A DNA stretch of 64,000 bases, taken from Arenicellales bacterium (lineage in GTDB: Bacteria > Pseudomonadota > Gammaproteobacteria > Arenicellales > JAJDZL01). Location of the stretch: the NCBI GenBank assembly GCA_965202855.1, contig CBDBBP010000003.1, positions 400,941 through 464,940 on the forward strand. The letters are read 5' to 3'. A program made the position numbers and the translations under genes. This document shows, one piece after another, positions 50,781 through 60,884 of this stretch. How positions within the stretch are numbered: the first letter of the stretch is position 1; each line of letters starts with the position of its first letter. The notes beneath the pieces were generated by a model that made no database searches, had not been told where the DNA came from, and saw nothing but the letters and a program-made list of their open reading frames with translations.

Positions 50781-51692
50781 TTGTTGCATCGATTTAAGCA
50801 GTGGATTGATTCTGCTTCAGCGTGGCAGTCAATCATCATTGCAATTCCCTATATCTGGCTGCTCATTTTCTTTCTTATCCCTTTTTTCATTGTTCTAAAA
50901 ATCAGCTTGGCGGAATACGTTCTTGCCAGCCCACCTTTCTCTGCGCTGTTTGAAGTTGTTGACGACACAATTGTCAACGTCAGGCTGATATTTGACAATT
51001 TCATATTTTTGTGGGAAGACGATCTTTATCTTCGCACGTATTTGAACTCAATTAAGATTGCGGCAATTTCAACGATTCTCTGCTTGCTGGTGGGTTATCC
51101 GATTGCCTATGGCATTGCAAGATCCGCTCCTACTGCGAAGAAACTTTTGTTATTGGCGATTATTTTGCCGTTTTGGACATCGTTTCTTTTGCGTGTCTAC
51201 TCTTGGATGGGTTTGTTGGCAGATCAGGGAACCATTAACAGTTTTCTGATTTGGATTGGAATTGTTGATCAGCCGATCAAGATGCTGTACACCGATTTTG
51301 CGGTCTATGTGGGCATCGTCTATACCTACGTTCCGTTCATGATTCTGCCGCTATACGCGAGTATAGAAAAGCTGGATTTGACACTTTATGAGGCAGCAGC
51401 AGACTTAGGCTCGCGGCCGTGGAACATATTTAGAACCGTAACAATACCTCTCACAATGCCTGGAATCATTGCCGGTTCTCTTTTGGTGTTTATTCCCGCT
51501 ACTGGAGAATTTGTGATTCCTGACCTGTTGGGCGGGGGGAATGTGTTAATGATCGGCAAGGTGCTCTATAGCGAATTTAATTCCAATCAAGACTGGCCGA
51601 TTGCATCAGCCGTAGCAATTGTTCTTTTGGTGGTCCTCGTTTTGCCGATGATGCTTTATCAAAAGTATCAAGCTCGAGAAACAGAAGGGTAA
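50781..51692 (+). CDS. potH: Polyamine ABC transporter permease
   Basis: 303 aa. EAA loop LYEAAADLGSRPWNIFRTVTIP. TTG start. Confidence 0.8.
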   Translation: MLHRFKQWIDSASAWQSIIIAIPYIWLLIFFLIPFFIVLKISLAEYVLASPPFSALFEVVDDTIVNVRLIFDNFIFLWEDDLYLRTYLNSIKIAAISTILCLLVGYPIAYGIARSAPTAKKLLLLAIILPFWTSFLLRVYSWMGLLADQGTINSFLIWIGIVDQPIKMLYTDFAVYVGIVYTYVPFMILPLYASIEKLDLTLYEAAADLGSRPWNIFRTVTIPLTMPGIIAGSLLVFIPATGEFVIPDLLGGGNVLMIGKVLYSEFNSNQDWPIASAVAIVLLVVLVLPMMLYQKYQARETEG

Positions 51693-51702
51693 TTACATCG
51701 CT

Positions 51703-52560
51703 ATGAATTCAGCCAAGCAAACAAAATTTACAATTTCTGTGCTGTGTTTCGGGATGGCGTTTCTCTATATCCCGATACTGCTAATGATGTTCTATTCGTT
51801 CAACTATTCGAAAATCGTACCGGTTTGGGGTGGGTTTTCATTACGTTGGTATGTCGTGCTGTTTCAGAGCGAAGAAGTGTGGAAAGCGGTAGCTCTCAGT
51901 TTGCAGATTGCTTTGATGAATGCTACTTTCGCAACATTACTTGGAGCTTTCGCTGGAATCGCAATGGCTCGAATTAAACGTTTTCGAGGCAGGACATTGT
52001 TTTCAGGCATGATTTCGGCACCTCTGGTTATGCCGGAAGTGATCACGGGCCTTTCGCTCTTGCTGCTTTTCATTTCTTTGGCTGAATTGATTGGTTGGCC
52101 ATCCAGAGGAATTACCACTATTACGATCGCACACATCACTTTTTCGCTGGCGTATGTTGCGGTAATTGTTCAGTCCCGATTGGTCGGTGTGGATCAATCG
52201 CTAGAAGAAGCGGCACACGATCTTGGCGCAAAACCGTTTCGCGTATTGATTGATATTACAATTCCACTTTTAGCTCCTGCATTGGCTGCTGGGTGGCTGC
52301 TGGCATTTACGCTGTCGCTAGATGATCTTGTTATTGCGAGTTTCGTTTCCGGACCGGGTTCTAATACATTGCCAATGCTGATTTATTCGAGAGTTAAATT
52401 GGGATTAAGACCCGATGTAAACGCACTGGCAACAATCATAATTTTGATTGTAGCGGCAGGAGTCTGTACAGCGGGTTGGATCATGTCGCGGCAGGAACAA
52501 CAGCGAGCGAGAGATATGCAGCTTGCAAGTACTGCGAAATATGATTTTATGGAAGAGTAG
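51703..52560 (+). CDS. potI: Polyamine ABC transporter permease
   Basis: 285 aa. EAA loop LEEAAHDLGAKPFRVLIDITIP. Confidence 0.8.
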   Translation: MNSAKQTKFTISVLCFGMAFLYIPILLMMFYSFNYSKIVPVWGGFSLRWYVVLFQSEEVWKAVALSLQIALMNATFATLLGAFAGIAMARIKRFRGRTLFSGMISAPLVMPEVITGLSLLLLFISLAELIGWPSRGITTITIAHITFSLAYVAVIVQSRLVGVDQSLEEAAHDLGAKPFRVLIDITIPLLAPALAAGWLLAFTLSLDDLVIASFVSGPGSNTLPMLIYSRVKLGLRPDVNALATIIILIVAAGVCTAGWIMSRQEQQRARDMQLASTAKYDFMEE

Positions 52561-54355
52561 TAGACTCGGACTCTAACATTTGCAGGTTCAAGTGACGAAC
52601 TGAACCTGCGGGCGGTTCATTCCTCAGCTTTGCTACTGGCAATTGACGTTGAATAGCCCGATGATATTCTCCGACACCAATTTCTGCTCCACGGTGTAGA
52701 TTCCAATCTGGATAAACGGAGGATTTCAATCCTTCCTGAATGGTAATTGTGTACGCTCTATCCTCCAGATCCGTCACTTTGTTAATTCGTCTGTTGAGGT
52801 AGCGAAGCGCTTTCATCATCGGGCGTTCGTCGGGTAATGCGTACACTCTCGAAATAATTTCGGTTTCCGTCAAGGATTTGGGAATAGTCATATAAATTTC
52901 CATCATATCCGGATATAGACCAAATATGATGTTCGGGAAAATTCCGAAATATAGCCATGAATTCTTGTGATCTTCTCTCAAGTGCTCGAAGTCCGGCAGC
53001 AATTTTCGATAGTTTTTCACACTCCAAAGCGAACTATTTCGTTGATTGAAACGCCCAATCGAAACAGGAATTCCATCGATAAAATTATCAGTGTAATCCT
53101 GACCGTACAGCTGATTGAGGCTTGGGTGGCCAATGGGGACATGGTATCCCTCATTGTCAATGTCATGAAAAACTTTCCAGTTTACAGGAACTGTGTATCG
53201 GTCGACCTTGGAGTAGGGTTCAACATCTTCCAGTTTGTAATCTTCAATTTCCGACACGATACTTTTCATTTGTGTCTGAAGAGATTCCCCGCCAGAAACC
53301 AGGCGAATGAAAATAAACCCCTGCCATATTTCAATGTCGACGGACACGAGGCTAATCGTATCCTTATTCAGGTGAGGAAACCCTTCGGGTCTTGGAATGA
53401 ATTGAAGTTTCCCCTCCAAGTTGTATCGCCAGCCATGAAAAGGGCATACCAAGGCTCGAGGGCAATTTCCTTCTCCACTCAATATTTTTGATCCCCGGTG
53501 CCGACAGATATTGTGAAAGGCATGCACCTTGCCATTTTCTGATCGGATCACGACTATCATTTCATTGAAACCTTCAAAGGTTAAATAGTCTCCAACATTC
53601 GGAATATCACTGACGTGTCCGACCAACATCCAGCTAGGTTTGAAGATTTGTTCAATTTCCAACTCAAACAACTCTGAATTTCGATAGGCCCAGGGAGGCA
53701 ATAAGTCGACCAGTTCTTTTTTATTCGTTTTCTTTTCGGATTGATTGAGTGTTGGAATTAATTTGTGGACGTAACGAAGGCAGAGATCAATTGAATGCTC
53801 TCGGTTTACCTCTTCGGTATGCAACAACGCCTGTTGCCACAATCGATCGATCAATCCGTTCAAACCGTGAACCAATACTTCGGTGTCAAGTGCGTCGTGT
53901 TTTTCGGAATCGAGCAACTTTTGAAAGCAACGCTGCAGAAGTTCGTGCTCACGCTGATCGTATTTGTCGCAAATCTGATGGTAATCTCTGCGTGCGTTCA
54001 TTTCGCTCCAGAATGCGTACCAAACCGCAATTTTGTCTTTCACGAAAATTTTCTCATCGAAACTCGCATGAATAAATGCTGTCAATACTTCTTGAGGGGT
54101 ATTTGCCGAAGCGAGATGATGTTGCTTGACTTGTTGATATTCGTGAACTAAGTGTTTCAGAGTATCCAACAGCAACTGTTGTTTTGATTTGAAGTAGAAA
54201 TTAATGATGCCGTTTGAGAATTGAGCTCGCTCGGTTATTTTCGACATTGTGACGTTCGATAAACCATTTTCAGCAATTGCACCTATTGTCGCGAGAATAA
54301 GTCGTTTTCTAGAATTGCGATTATTGGAGGTATTCGGTCGAGAGGACTGATTCAT
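52547..54355 (-). CDS. In-frame fusion of a TetR/BetI-like HTH regulator domain to a Rieske [2Fe-2S] non-haem-iron oxygenase alpha subunit
   Basis: 602 aa with no internal stop. Residues ~15-200 are TetR/BetI-like (RKRLILATIGAIAENGLSNVTMSKITERAQFSNGIINFYFKSK). Residues ~219-602 carry the Rieske motif CRHRGSKIL..x..CPFHGW and the mononuclear-iron motif DNEGYHVPIGH. The linker is PTLNQSEKKTNKKELVDL (nt 53702-53755). Confidence 0.75.
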   Translation of the reverse strand: MNQSSRPNTSNNRNSRKRLILATIGAIAENGLSNVTMSKITERAQFSNGIINFYFKSKQQLLLDTLKHLVHEYQQVKQHHLASANTPQEVLTAFIHASFDEKIFVKDKIAVWYAFWSEMNARRDYHQICDKYDQREHELLQRCFQKLLDSEKHDALDTEVLVHGLNGLIDRLWQQALLHTEEVNREHSIDLCLRYVHKLIPTLNQSEKKTNKKELVDLLPPWAYRNSELFELEIEQIFKPSWMLVGHVSDIPNVGDYLTFEGFNEMIVVIRSENGKVHAFHNICRHRGSKILSGEGNCPRALVCPFHGWRYNLEGKLQFIPRPEGFPHLNKDTISLVSVDIEIWQGFIFIRLVSGGESLQTQMKSIVSEIEDYKLEDVEPYSKVDRYTVPVNWKVFHDIDNEGYHVPIGHPSLNQLYGQDYTDNFIDGIPVSIGRFNQRNSSLWSVKNYRKLLPDFEHLREDHKNSWLYFGIFPNIIFGLYPDMMEIYMTIPKSLTETEIISRVYALPDERPMMKALRYLNRRINKVTDLEDRAYTITIQEGLKSSVYPDWNLHRGAEIGVGEYHRAIQRQLPVAKLRNEPPAGSVRHLNLQMLESESTTLP

Positions 54356-54541
54356 GATTGAAGTGATTCTAAATTATTAAATCTATTTTTAATTATATTA
54401 AATGATTATATAACCACATGGGCAATGATGTCATCTTGAATCTAGCAGATAGAAATTCTGCTCAGACCTGATGTCCGAGCTGAATATTGCGAGGTGTGAA
54501 TTTCAGCTTGCCATTGGAACCAGCAGGCGATTGAAATGAAT

Positions 54542-55915
54542 TCAAACGATATGTTGCTTGGCTACAATGTCAAGAGCAGCTTCCAGCATGTCGAACAGAT
54601 CGTTGATTTGCACCTCCGAAATGATGAGAGGAGGGCAGATGCCGAGAGTATCGCCAGCAGGCAGCGCTCGTAAAATCAGTCCTTGTTCAAGGCACTCCTG
54701 ATAAACTTGAAACGCCATTTTCAATTCTGGATCAAACGATTCTTTTGTAGATTTATCGGCAACCAGCTCCACCGCACCAATTAACCCCGAGCCTCTAGCT
54801 TCACCCACTAACGGATGAGATCCGATTGCTTTCAGGCGCTTTTGAAATGGGACTATGACCTCTCGAACGTGCTCCAGTATGTTTCGCTCTTCATAAATCT
54901 TTAACGTTTCCAGCGCGACCGCGGCAGCAACTGGATGGCCGCCATAGGTAAAACCTGTTCCAAATACTCCGTGACGATTGCTTGCTTCAGCGATCACTTG
55001 GTAAATTTCTTCAGAAATCATCGTTGCGCCAATCGGGATGTATGCCGATGACAGCTGCTTGGCGCAGGTCATGATGTCAGGATTCACAATTTCATAGGTT
55101 TCACTTCCCCATAAATTTCCGGTTCGCCCGAATCCTGTGATCACTTCATCAACGATCAATAGCACATCATATTTATTGAGGACTTCCTGAATTTTCTGAA
55201 AATATGTGCGCGGAGGAGGGATCACTCCTCCGGCGCCCATAACGGGTTCTGCAACAAGAGCTGCAACAGTGTCTGGTCCTTCCGCTACAATCAGCTCTTC
55301 CAATTCTTTAGCCCGACGGGAAGCGAATTCTTCCTCGCTCTCGCCATCTTCACCAAATCGGTAATAGTGAGGAGTTCCTGTCTGCTTAAAGCGACTCAGC
55401 GGTGCATCGAATGCCTCTTGAACAACGGGGATCGCGGTCAGACTCGTGCAAATAATGGTGACTCCGTGATATCCCTTTGTTCTTGAGATGATTTTTTTCT
55501 TGTCTGGTCGATCTAGAGCATTGTTGTAATACCAGACAAATTTCACGGCTGAATCTACGGCTTCGGACCCAGAAGAAACGAAATAGGCTTTGGACATCGG
55601 GTCGGGAGCAAGCGAGATGAGTTGATCTGCAAGCTCTGTGACGACTGGCGCTGTTCGACCTGCGAAACTATGATTGTAAGGTAACGTGCTCAGCTGTTTT
55701 GCAGCTGCGTCAATCAGTCGTTGTTCACTGAATCCGAGAGAAGTACACCATAATCCTGCGAGACCCTCTATAAATTTCTTACCGTGTTCATCCCAGATAT
55801 GCACGCCTTCACCACGTGTATACGTCTTAGGTCCAATTTGTTCGTGGACGATATGATTTGTGTAAGGATGTAGATTCGAACCAATGTCTTTTTGAGCAAA
55901 CGTGCGAGCAGCCAC
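54542..55915 (-). CDS. Class-III (omega) aminotransferase, SpuC / beta-alanine-pyruvate transaminase-like
   Basis: 457 aa. GLAGLWCTSLGF, VDEVITGFGRTG and the PLM-lysine context TCAKQLSSAYIPIGA. GTG start. Confidence 0.85.
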   Translation of the reverse strand: MAARTFAQKDIGSNLHPYTNHIVHEQIGPKTYTRGEGVHIWDEHGKKFIEGLAGLWCTSLGFSEQRLIDAAAKQLSTLPYNHSFAGRTAPVVTELADQLISLAPDPMSKAYFVSSGSEAVDSAVKFVWYYNNALDRPDKKKIISRTKGYHGVTIICTSLTAIPVVQEAFDAPLSRFKQTGTPHYYRFGEDGESEEEFASRRAKELEELIVAEGPDTVAALVAEPVMGAGGVIPPPRTYFQKIQEVLNKYDVLLIVDEVITGFGRTGNLWGSETYEIVNPDIMTCAKQLSSAYIPIGATMISEEIYQVIAEASNRHGVFGTGFTYGGHPVAAAVALETLKIYEERNILEHVREVIVPFQKRLKAIGSHPLVGEARGSGLIGAVELVADKSTKESFDPELKMAFQVYQECLEQGLILRALPAGDTLGICPPLIISEVQINDLFDMLEAALDIVAKQHIV

Positions 55916-55963
55916 AATCTATACCTCAATGAGTATGAAATGAAGAACCGTCATTGTACAGAA

Positions 55964-57499
55964 TTAAACTGATGAATCCGGGAATGATTGCTTGCGCCGT
56001 TCCATGTAATCATTCAGTGCCTGATCAATTGCGGGATCAAGTGGTGGAACTCGATAGTTTTCCAACATTCGCTTCCATAGAGCATTTGCGCGGTCTGCAG
56101 CACGCAAACTTCCATCTGCCTGCCATTGTTCAAAACTGTTGTTGTCCGCAATGGTTGAGCGATAGAAAGCGGTTTCAAAATTTCTCTGGGTATGCTGGCA
56201 GCCTAGAAAGTGGTTTCCAGGCCCGACTTCTCGAACGGCGTCAAGTGCTTGAGCATTTTCGTCTGTTTTGATGCCGCTTAGGAAGGTCTGCAAAATTGCT
56301 GCCTGGTCAACATCCATTACAAATTTTTCGTACCCCATAACCAGACCGCCCTCCAGCCAGCCTGCAGTATGCAACATGAAATTTACACCTGCCAACATTG
56401 CAGCCTGCAATGTATTGGCTGATTCATAAGCGGCTTGAGCATCTGGAATTTTTGATGCGCACAAACCACCACCGCTACGAAACGGAACATTCAATCTACG
56501 TGAAAGTTCAGCACAGATGAACAAGACAAACGAAGGTTCAGGCGTACCAAATGTCGGCGCTCCTGACTGCATAGAAATTGAACTGCTGAAAGTGCCGAAT
56601 ATGACTGGCGCTCCCGCCCTCACCAATTGCGCAAAAGCCATTCCTGCAAGTGCTTCTGCCAGAATCTGCGTGCAGGTGCCAACGACTGTCACCGGCGACA
56701 TGGCACCTGACAGAATAAAGGGTGAAATTACAGTTCCCTGTAAATTTGCAGCGTAGGCTTTCAACGCGGCTAACATCGTAGCGTCAAATGTCATTGGCGA
56801 ATTTACATTGATCAGAGAAACAATACAAGTGTTGTTGGAAACAAAATCATCGCCGAAAACGATCTTGGCCATTTCAACTGTATCTTGTGCTCGTTCTCCG
56901 CTGGTAACAGACCCCATAAACGGCTTATCGGAGTATTTGAGGTGACTGTAAACCATATCGAAGTGTCTTTTGTTCACTGGGAGGTCAACAGGTTCGCATA
57001 CCGTGCCACCGGAATGGTGCAATGAAGATGACATGTATGTCAACTTAACGAAATTTCGAAAATCCTCGATCGTCGCATAGCGTCGTCCTTCATCCAAATT
57101 ACGAATGAAAGGGGGGCCATAGGCAGGTGCAAAAACAGCTGTGTCGCGAGCGATTCTTATGCTTTTTTTAGGATTTCTCGCGTGTTGGATAAATTCGCTT
57201 GGAGCATTATTTTGAATGATTTCACGAAGCATCCCTGGTGGAAAGCGAACGCGTTCCCCGCTTACGGCTGCTCCTGCCTGTCTCCATATATCCAGAGCTT
57301 CAGGATCATCTCGAAAATCGATTCCAATTTCTTCTAGCAACAGGTCCGCATTTTTTTCAATCAGGTCGAGTGTCTCTTCTGGAGCAACACTATAAACCGG
57401 AACCTTTCGCGTGATATATGGAACCGATTCAATTCGTGTAGAGGAACGAGCCGCTTTACGGGCAGCTCGCCCTCCTGATCTTGTTCTACGTGCGTTCAT
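55964..57499 (-). CDS. MttB (trimethylamine methyltransferase) superfamily protein, non-pyrrolysine type
   Basis: 511 aa. The N-terminal RRTRSGGRAARKAAR leader and a TIM-barrel body are typical of glycine-betaine-type MttB homologues. The ORF is uninterrupted, with no in-frame TAG. Confidence 0.85.
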   Translation of the reverse strand: MNARRTRSGGRAARKAARSSTRIESVPYITRKVPVYSVAPEETLDLIEKNADLLLEEIGIDFRDDPEALDIWRQAGAAVSGERVRFPPGMLREIIQNNAPSEFIQHARNPKKSIRIARDTAVFAPAYGPPFIRNLDEGRRYATIEDFRNFVKLTYMSSSLHHSGGTVCEPVDLPVNKRHFDMVYSHLKYSDKPFMGSVTSGERAQDTVEMAKIVFGDDFVSNNTCIVSLINVNSPMTFDATMLAALKAYAANLQGTVISPFILSGAMSPVTVVGTCTQILAEALAGMAFAQLVRAGAPVIFGTFSSSISMQSGAPTFGTPEPSFVLFICAELSRRLNVPFRSGGGLCASKIPDAQAAYESANTLQAAMLAGVNFMLHTAGWLEGGLVMGYEKFVMDVDQAAILQTFLSGIKTDENAQALDAVREVGPGNHFLGCQHTQRNFETAFYRSTIADNNSFEQWQADGSLRAADRANALWKRMLENYRVPPLDPAIDQALNDYMERRKQSFPDSSV

Positions 57500-57537
57500 G
57501 GCAAATTAATTCATTATGATTATTGTGTTTTACTGTT

Positions 57538-59367
57538 CTATTTTGCACGTTCCGCTTTAGGTCTCGGAAACATGTTGGATCTTCGGTACGGATATACATC
57601 TACCAATACACCAGCTTTTATGAGTTCCTGCTTTTCCCGCCAAAACTCTACTGTCATTAAATCACCATGCGCTTGCGGAAAATGTTTGCGAATCAATGGG
57701 TGAACCAAAAAATATTTTTCAAATTCTTCTGGGAATACATCGTCGTCCCCGACAGAAAACCAAGGTTCCACTGCCATATCGTCATAGGGGTTGCGCGCAG
57801 GAGGAATTTTTCTAAAATTGCACTCCGTCAAATAGCGAATTTCGTCGTAGTCATAAAATACAACGCGTTTGTTTCGGGTGACGCCAAAATTTTTTAACAG
57901 CATGTCGCCAGGAAATATATTCGCTGCCGCCATATCCCGAATTGCATCTCCATAACTGATCGCAAAATACTTTGCTTCTGCATCATCCCTTATGTTTTGC
58001 AAAAATAGATTCAGGGGCGTCATTCGATGTTCGATGTATACATGTTTCAATACTACGATACCTTCATCGACGACAATTGATTTTGAGCAAGTTTCAAGTA
58101 TTTCATCCAACAGTTCTTCCGAGAATCGATTACGTGGCAAGGCGACATCGGAATACTCGAGTGTGTCTGCGAGACGGCCAACGCGGTCGTGTTGTTTTAC
58201 GAGATGATATTTTTCGATAACTGTAGAGCGAGATAATTTTTTTGGAGGCTCAAACGAGTCTTTTATGATTTTGAAAACGTAATTGTAAGAAGGCAAGGTG
58301 AACACCATCATTACCATTCCTCGCGTGCCGGGGGCTTCAATAAACTTGTCAGACGAGTGCGACAGATGATGCAAAAAATCTCGATAGAATGCCGTCTTCC
58401 CCTGTTTATGGAAACCGATTGCTGAATAAAGATCAGCTTTGCTCTTGCCCGGGAGAATGTCCATGAGGAAGCTTACAGTTGCAGACGGGACTCGGGTTTC
58501 CACCATAAAATATGCCCGGTAGAATCCAAAAACCGCATCCACATCATGCGGGTCCAAAATCAGCGCGTTGACATATAGACTGCCATTTTCGTTGTTAAGT
58601 ATGGGTACGATGAAAGGCGTCGTTTGGTGATCATTGATGACGCGCCCGATCAGATAAGCTGCTTTGTTTCGGAAAAATAGCGAATCCAAAACATCAATTT
58701 GATAATTGAGCGCAATTGAACGTTTGTCTTTTGGCAAATATTTCCCTAGATATCTCAAGATGTAGCGAACATCGCGCTGTAGGTTTTCGTACGGAAGATT
58801 AAATCCAAGATTTTTGAGAATCTCAGAAATTGTCGCAGGCAATCCACGAACAGACGGATAGTACGATCGATAGGTAGGTTTGTTTGAAAGAAGATACTCT
58901 CTGGATACTGAAGCTCGGACAAAAATGTGCGAGTTATTGTAGTATTGGCGATCAAATAACCTACAAAATACAGAATTAAAGAAGCTTTCTGCCAGCTCAG
59001 GCTGCAAGTGTTCCAGCAGGAGGTGAATATACCGAACTTTAACTTCAGTCCATAGCGGTTTGTTCAGTTGCTGTATATTGAGCTGACTGCGTAAAGCATC
59101 AACCGTTTCCTGAATTCTCTTGTCGTAAAAGTAGATTCGTTTTCGAGCGGCTTCTCGAACTTCATGCCACTCGGCTTGTTCGAATCTTTCTTGCGCACCG
59201 GAAGTGATTTCCTGAAACAGGGTAAAGTGATTTTCAAAACCCTTGAGTATTGTTTTCGCGATCTCTTTGGCTTGATTGATTTGATCATGCTGTGAGCTTG
59301 GTGGCGTTTGGATATCGAGTATCTTTGCTTGTGGATTAGGTTCGAATTTATGAGCGTGCTTTTGCAT
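57538..59367 (-). CDS. aceK: Isocitrate dehydrogenase kinase/phosphatase
   Basis: AceK-specific N-terminal regulatory domain (AKTILKGFENHFTLFQEIT..A..RFEQAEW) and a kinase domain. The ORF opens at 59406, but Met-14 (59367) fits family length. Confidence 0.85.
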   Translation of the reverse strand: MQKHAHKFEPNPQAKILDIQTPPSSQHDQINQAKEIAKTILKGFENHFTLFQEITSGAQERFEQAEWHEVREAARKRIYFYDKRIQETVDALRSQLNIQQLNKPLWTEVKVRYIHLLLEHLQPELAESFFNSVFCRLFDRQYYNNSHIFVRASVSREYLLSNKPTYRSYYPSVRGLPATISEILKNLGFNLPYENLQRDVRYILRYLGKYLPKDKRSIALNYQIDVLDSLFFRNKAAYLIGRVINDHQTTPFIVPILNNENGSLYVNALILDPHDVDAVFGFYRAYFMVETRVPSATVSFLMDILPGKSKADLYSAIGFHKQGKTAFYRDFLHHLSHSSDKFIEAPGTRGMVMMVFTLPSYNYVFKIIKDSFEPPKKLSRSTVIEKYHLVKQHDRVGRLADTLEYSDVALPRNRFSEELLDEILETCSKSIVVDEGIVVLKHVYIEHRMTPLNLFLQNIRDDAEAKYFAISYGDAIRDMAAANIFPGDMLLKNFGVTRNKRVVFYDYDEIRYLTECNFRKIPPARNPYDDMAVEPWFSVGDDDVFPEEFEKYFLVHPLIRKHFPQAHGDLMTVEFWREKQELIKAGVLVDVYPYRRSNMFPRPKAERAK

Positions 59368-59799
59368 TGGTCGGCCAATCAGGTTTAAAGTGATACTACT
59401 CACCATTGTTTAGAATCAGTAGTTTATCACAGTCGGTCAAATCAACAGCAAAACTCCACGAATCTCAGCGCGATGCGTTGAAGCGAATTAGAGTCTAAGT
59501 TGAAATGGAAATGAAATTCGAAAATTCGCGGCGCTTACAACCCAATTAACCAGAAATGTATCCACTTGATTGCTCCAAGCGAAAGGAAATTCGTGAACAT
59601 GCCTCTGTACAAGTTTAAGTTCAATCGGCAAATACAACCCTGGTGTGATTTGCCGCGGCATTCAACAAACGCCATGGTAGTTGACTTAGCCATTGGCGGT
59701 GATTGAAACGATACACGAATTTGGGGGGGGTACTCGTGCAAATTCAATCCATTGACACCAAGAAAGATGTTAACAAAGAGCATTTGAGATCGGAGAGCA

Positions 59800-60610
59800 C
59801 AATATGTACCTTCGGCTCCATTGGGCGGCTTGCTCCGGTGATTTCACTTTCGCTTGTTGTTCACAATGTTCAGGGAAGGATGAGCATCACTACGTACCGT
59901 GGCACGGAGATGCAGAAACTGAGTAATTTGCTAGATTGCTTGATTATCGACGCGTTCAAAAACTTTGCCAGCCATGAATCCACTGCCGTCGCCGCGTCAT
60001 TCGACTGCCAATAAGAGCGGTGTTTTGCCTTCAGTGCCCAGCCTCCTTTTTGCCGGAACATGTGCCGCCGCTGAAAGCATAATCAATTTCGGTCAAGCTA
60101 CGCAACGGATAGGCTTGTCCCGATCACTCATGGTTTTTCGCAGTTTGTGCAACATCTACTTTGCTTTGCGCCAAGTCACCTCGATCATGTGAGCCAGACG
60201 AGTGGCCGAAATGCCGCCTTATTCGGTACTCATCATATAGATGGCTGCGAACCATTGCGGCAGTGGCAATTTGTTGTTTTCAAACAGAGTACCGGAGGTT
60301 CCCGAGATTGGATGGTGACGTTGAGTGCACCGATGAAGGGTAGGGCGGCTGAGAACGTACGTTCGACCATAAACGCAGCGCGGGCTGAAAAAATGCCGTT
60401 CGGTCAGTGATGGTGATTCAGTTCTTCAAGGTAGGCTGTCGGGTGAAAAATGACTGCACCTAGTCGAGAAAGGTGTCTATTCATTCTTATTCGTAAGCAG
60501 TTGAAGTGCTTTTTTCTGTGTAAATCGACTGCCTTTGTTCCCGTCAGTTTATTTTTGAGATAAAACTCGAAGATCCTATGCGCGATACAAATTTCGAATT
60601 TTGTTATCAC
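59800..60610 (-). pseudogene. Decayed IS3-family transposase (OrfB/rve region) relic
   Basis: Minus-strand fragments in shifting frames read ITDRTAFF (compare TDITYI), CHCRNGSQPS (compare HSDRGSQYTS) and YWQSNDAATAVDSWLAKFLNASII (compare NCWDNAxxESFFxTLKxExI). Multiple stops and frameshifts. Confidence 0.4.
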
Positions 60611-60884
60611 TTTCTTCCTAGCCTGATGGTTGATGACTATTCTAGAGCAAAATTAACGGGCAGAAGAAAAAAGGGAAAAATTACCGGAACAAAACACTTT
60701 ATTGGATTTAAATACGTCAGATATTGTCATAAAAGGTGAAAATAATTTATGGTATACCAAATTATATTCTCAGAAGTGTTTATCATGTTAGGAACATTTG
60801 AAGTGCTAGATTTGCACTCTTAATATCCTATCGAACAATTTGTATCAATTCTTTTTTCAAAGCAATATCGAAATATGAGGCATC

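Noticed and set aside
55964-57499. A pyrrolysine (TAG-recoded) MttB that might explain the amber-rich relic at 30.7-30.95 kb
   Set aside because: The MttB-family ORF is uninterrupted over 511 aa with no in-frame TAG, and no pylBCDST-like genes are visible in the window. I see no evidence of amber recoding here.
60404-60610. A 68-aa minus-strand ORF upstream of the RM fusion, considered as an RM controller (C) protein
   Set aside because: It has no HTH_XRE-like sequence. It is on the opposite strand and contiguous with the IS3 relic, with a CLRIRMNRHLSRLGA stretch that resembles the OrfB N-terminal region. It is more likely IS debris.
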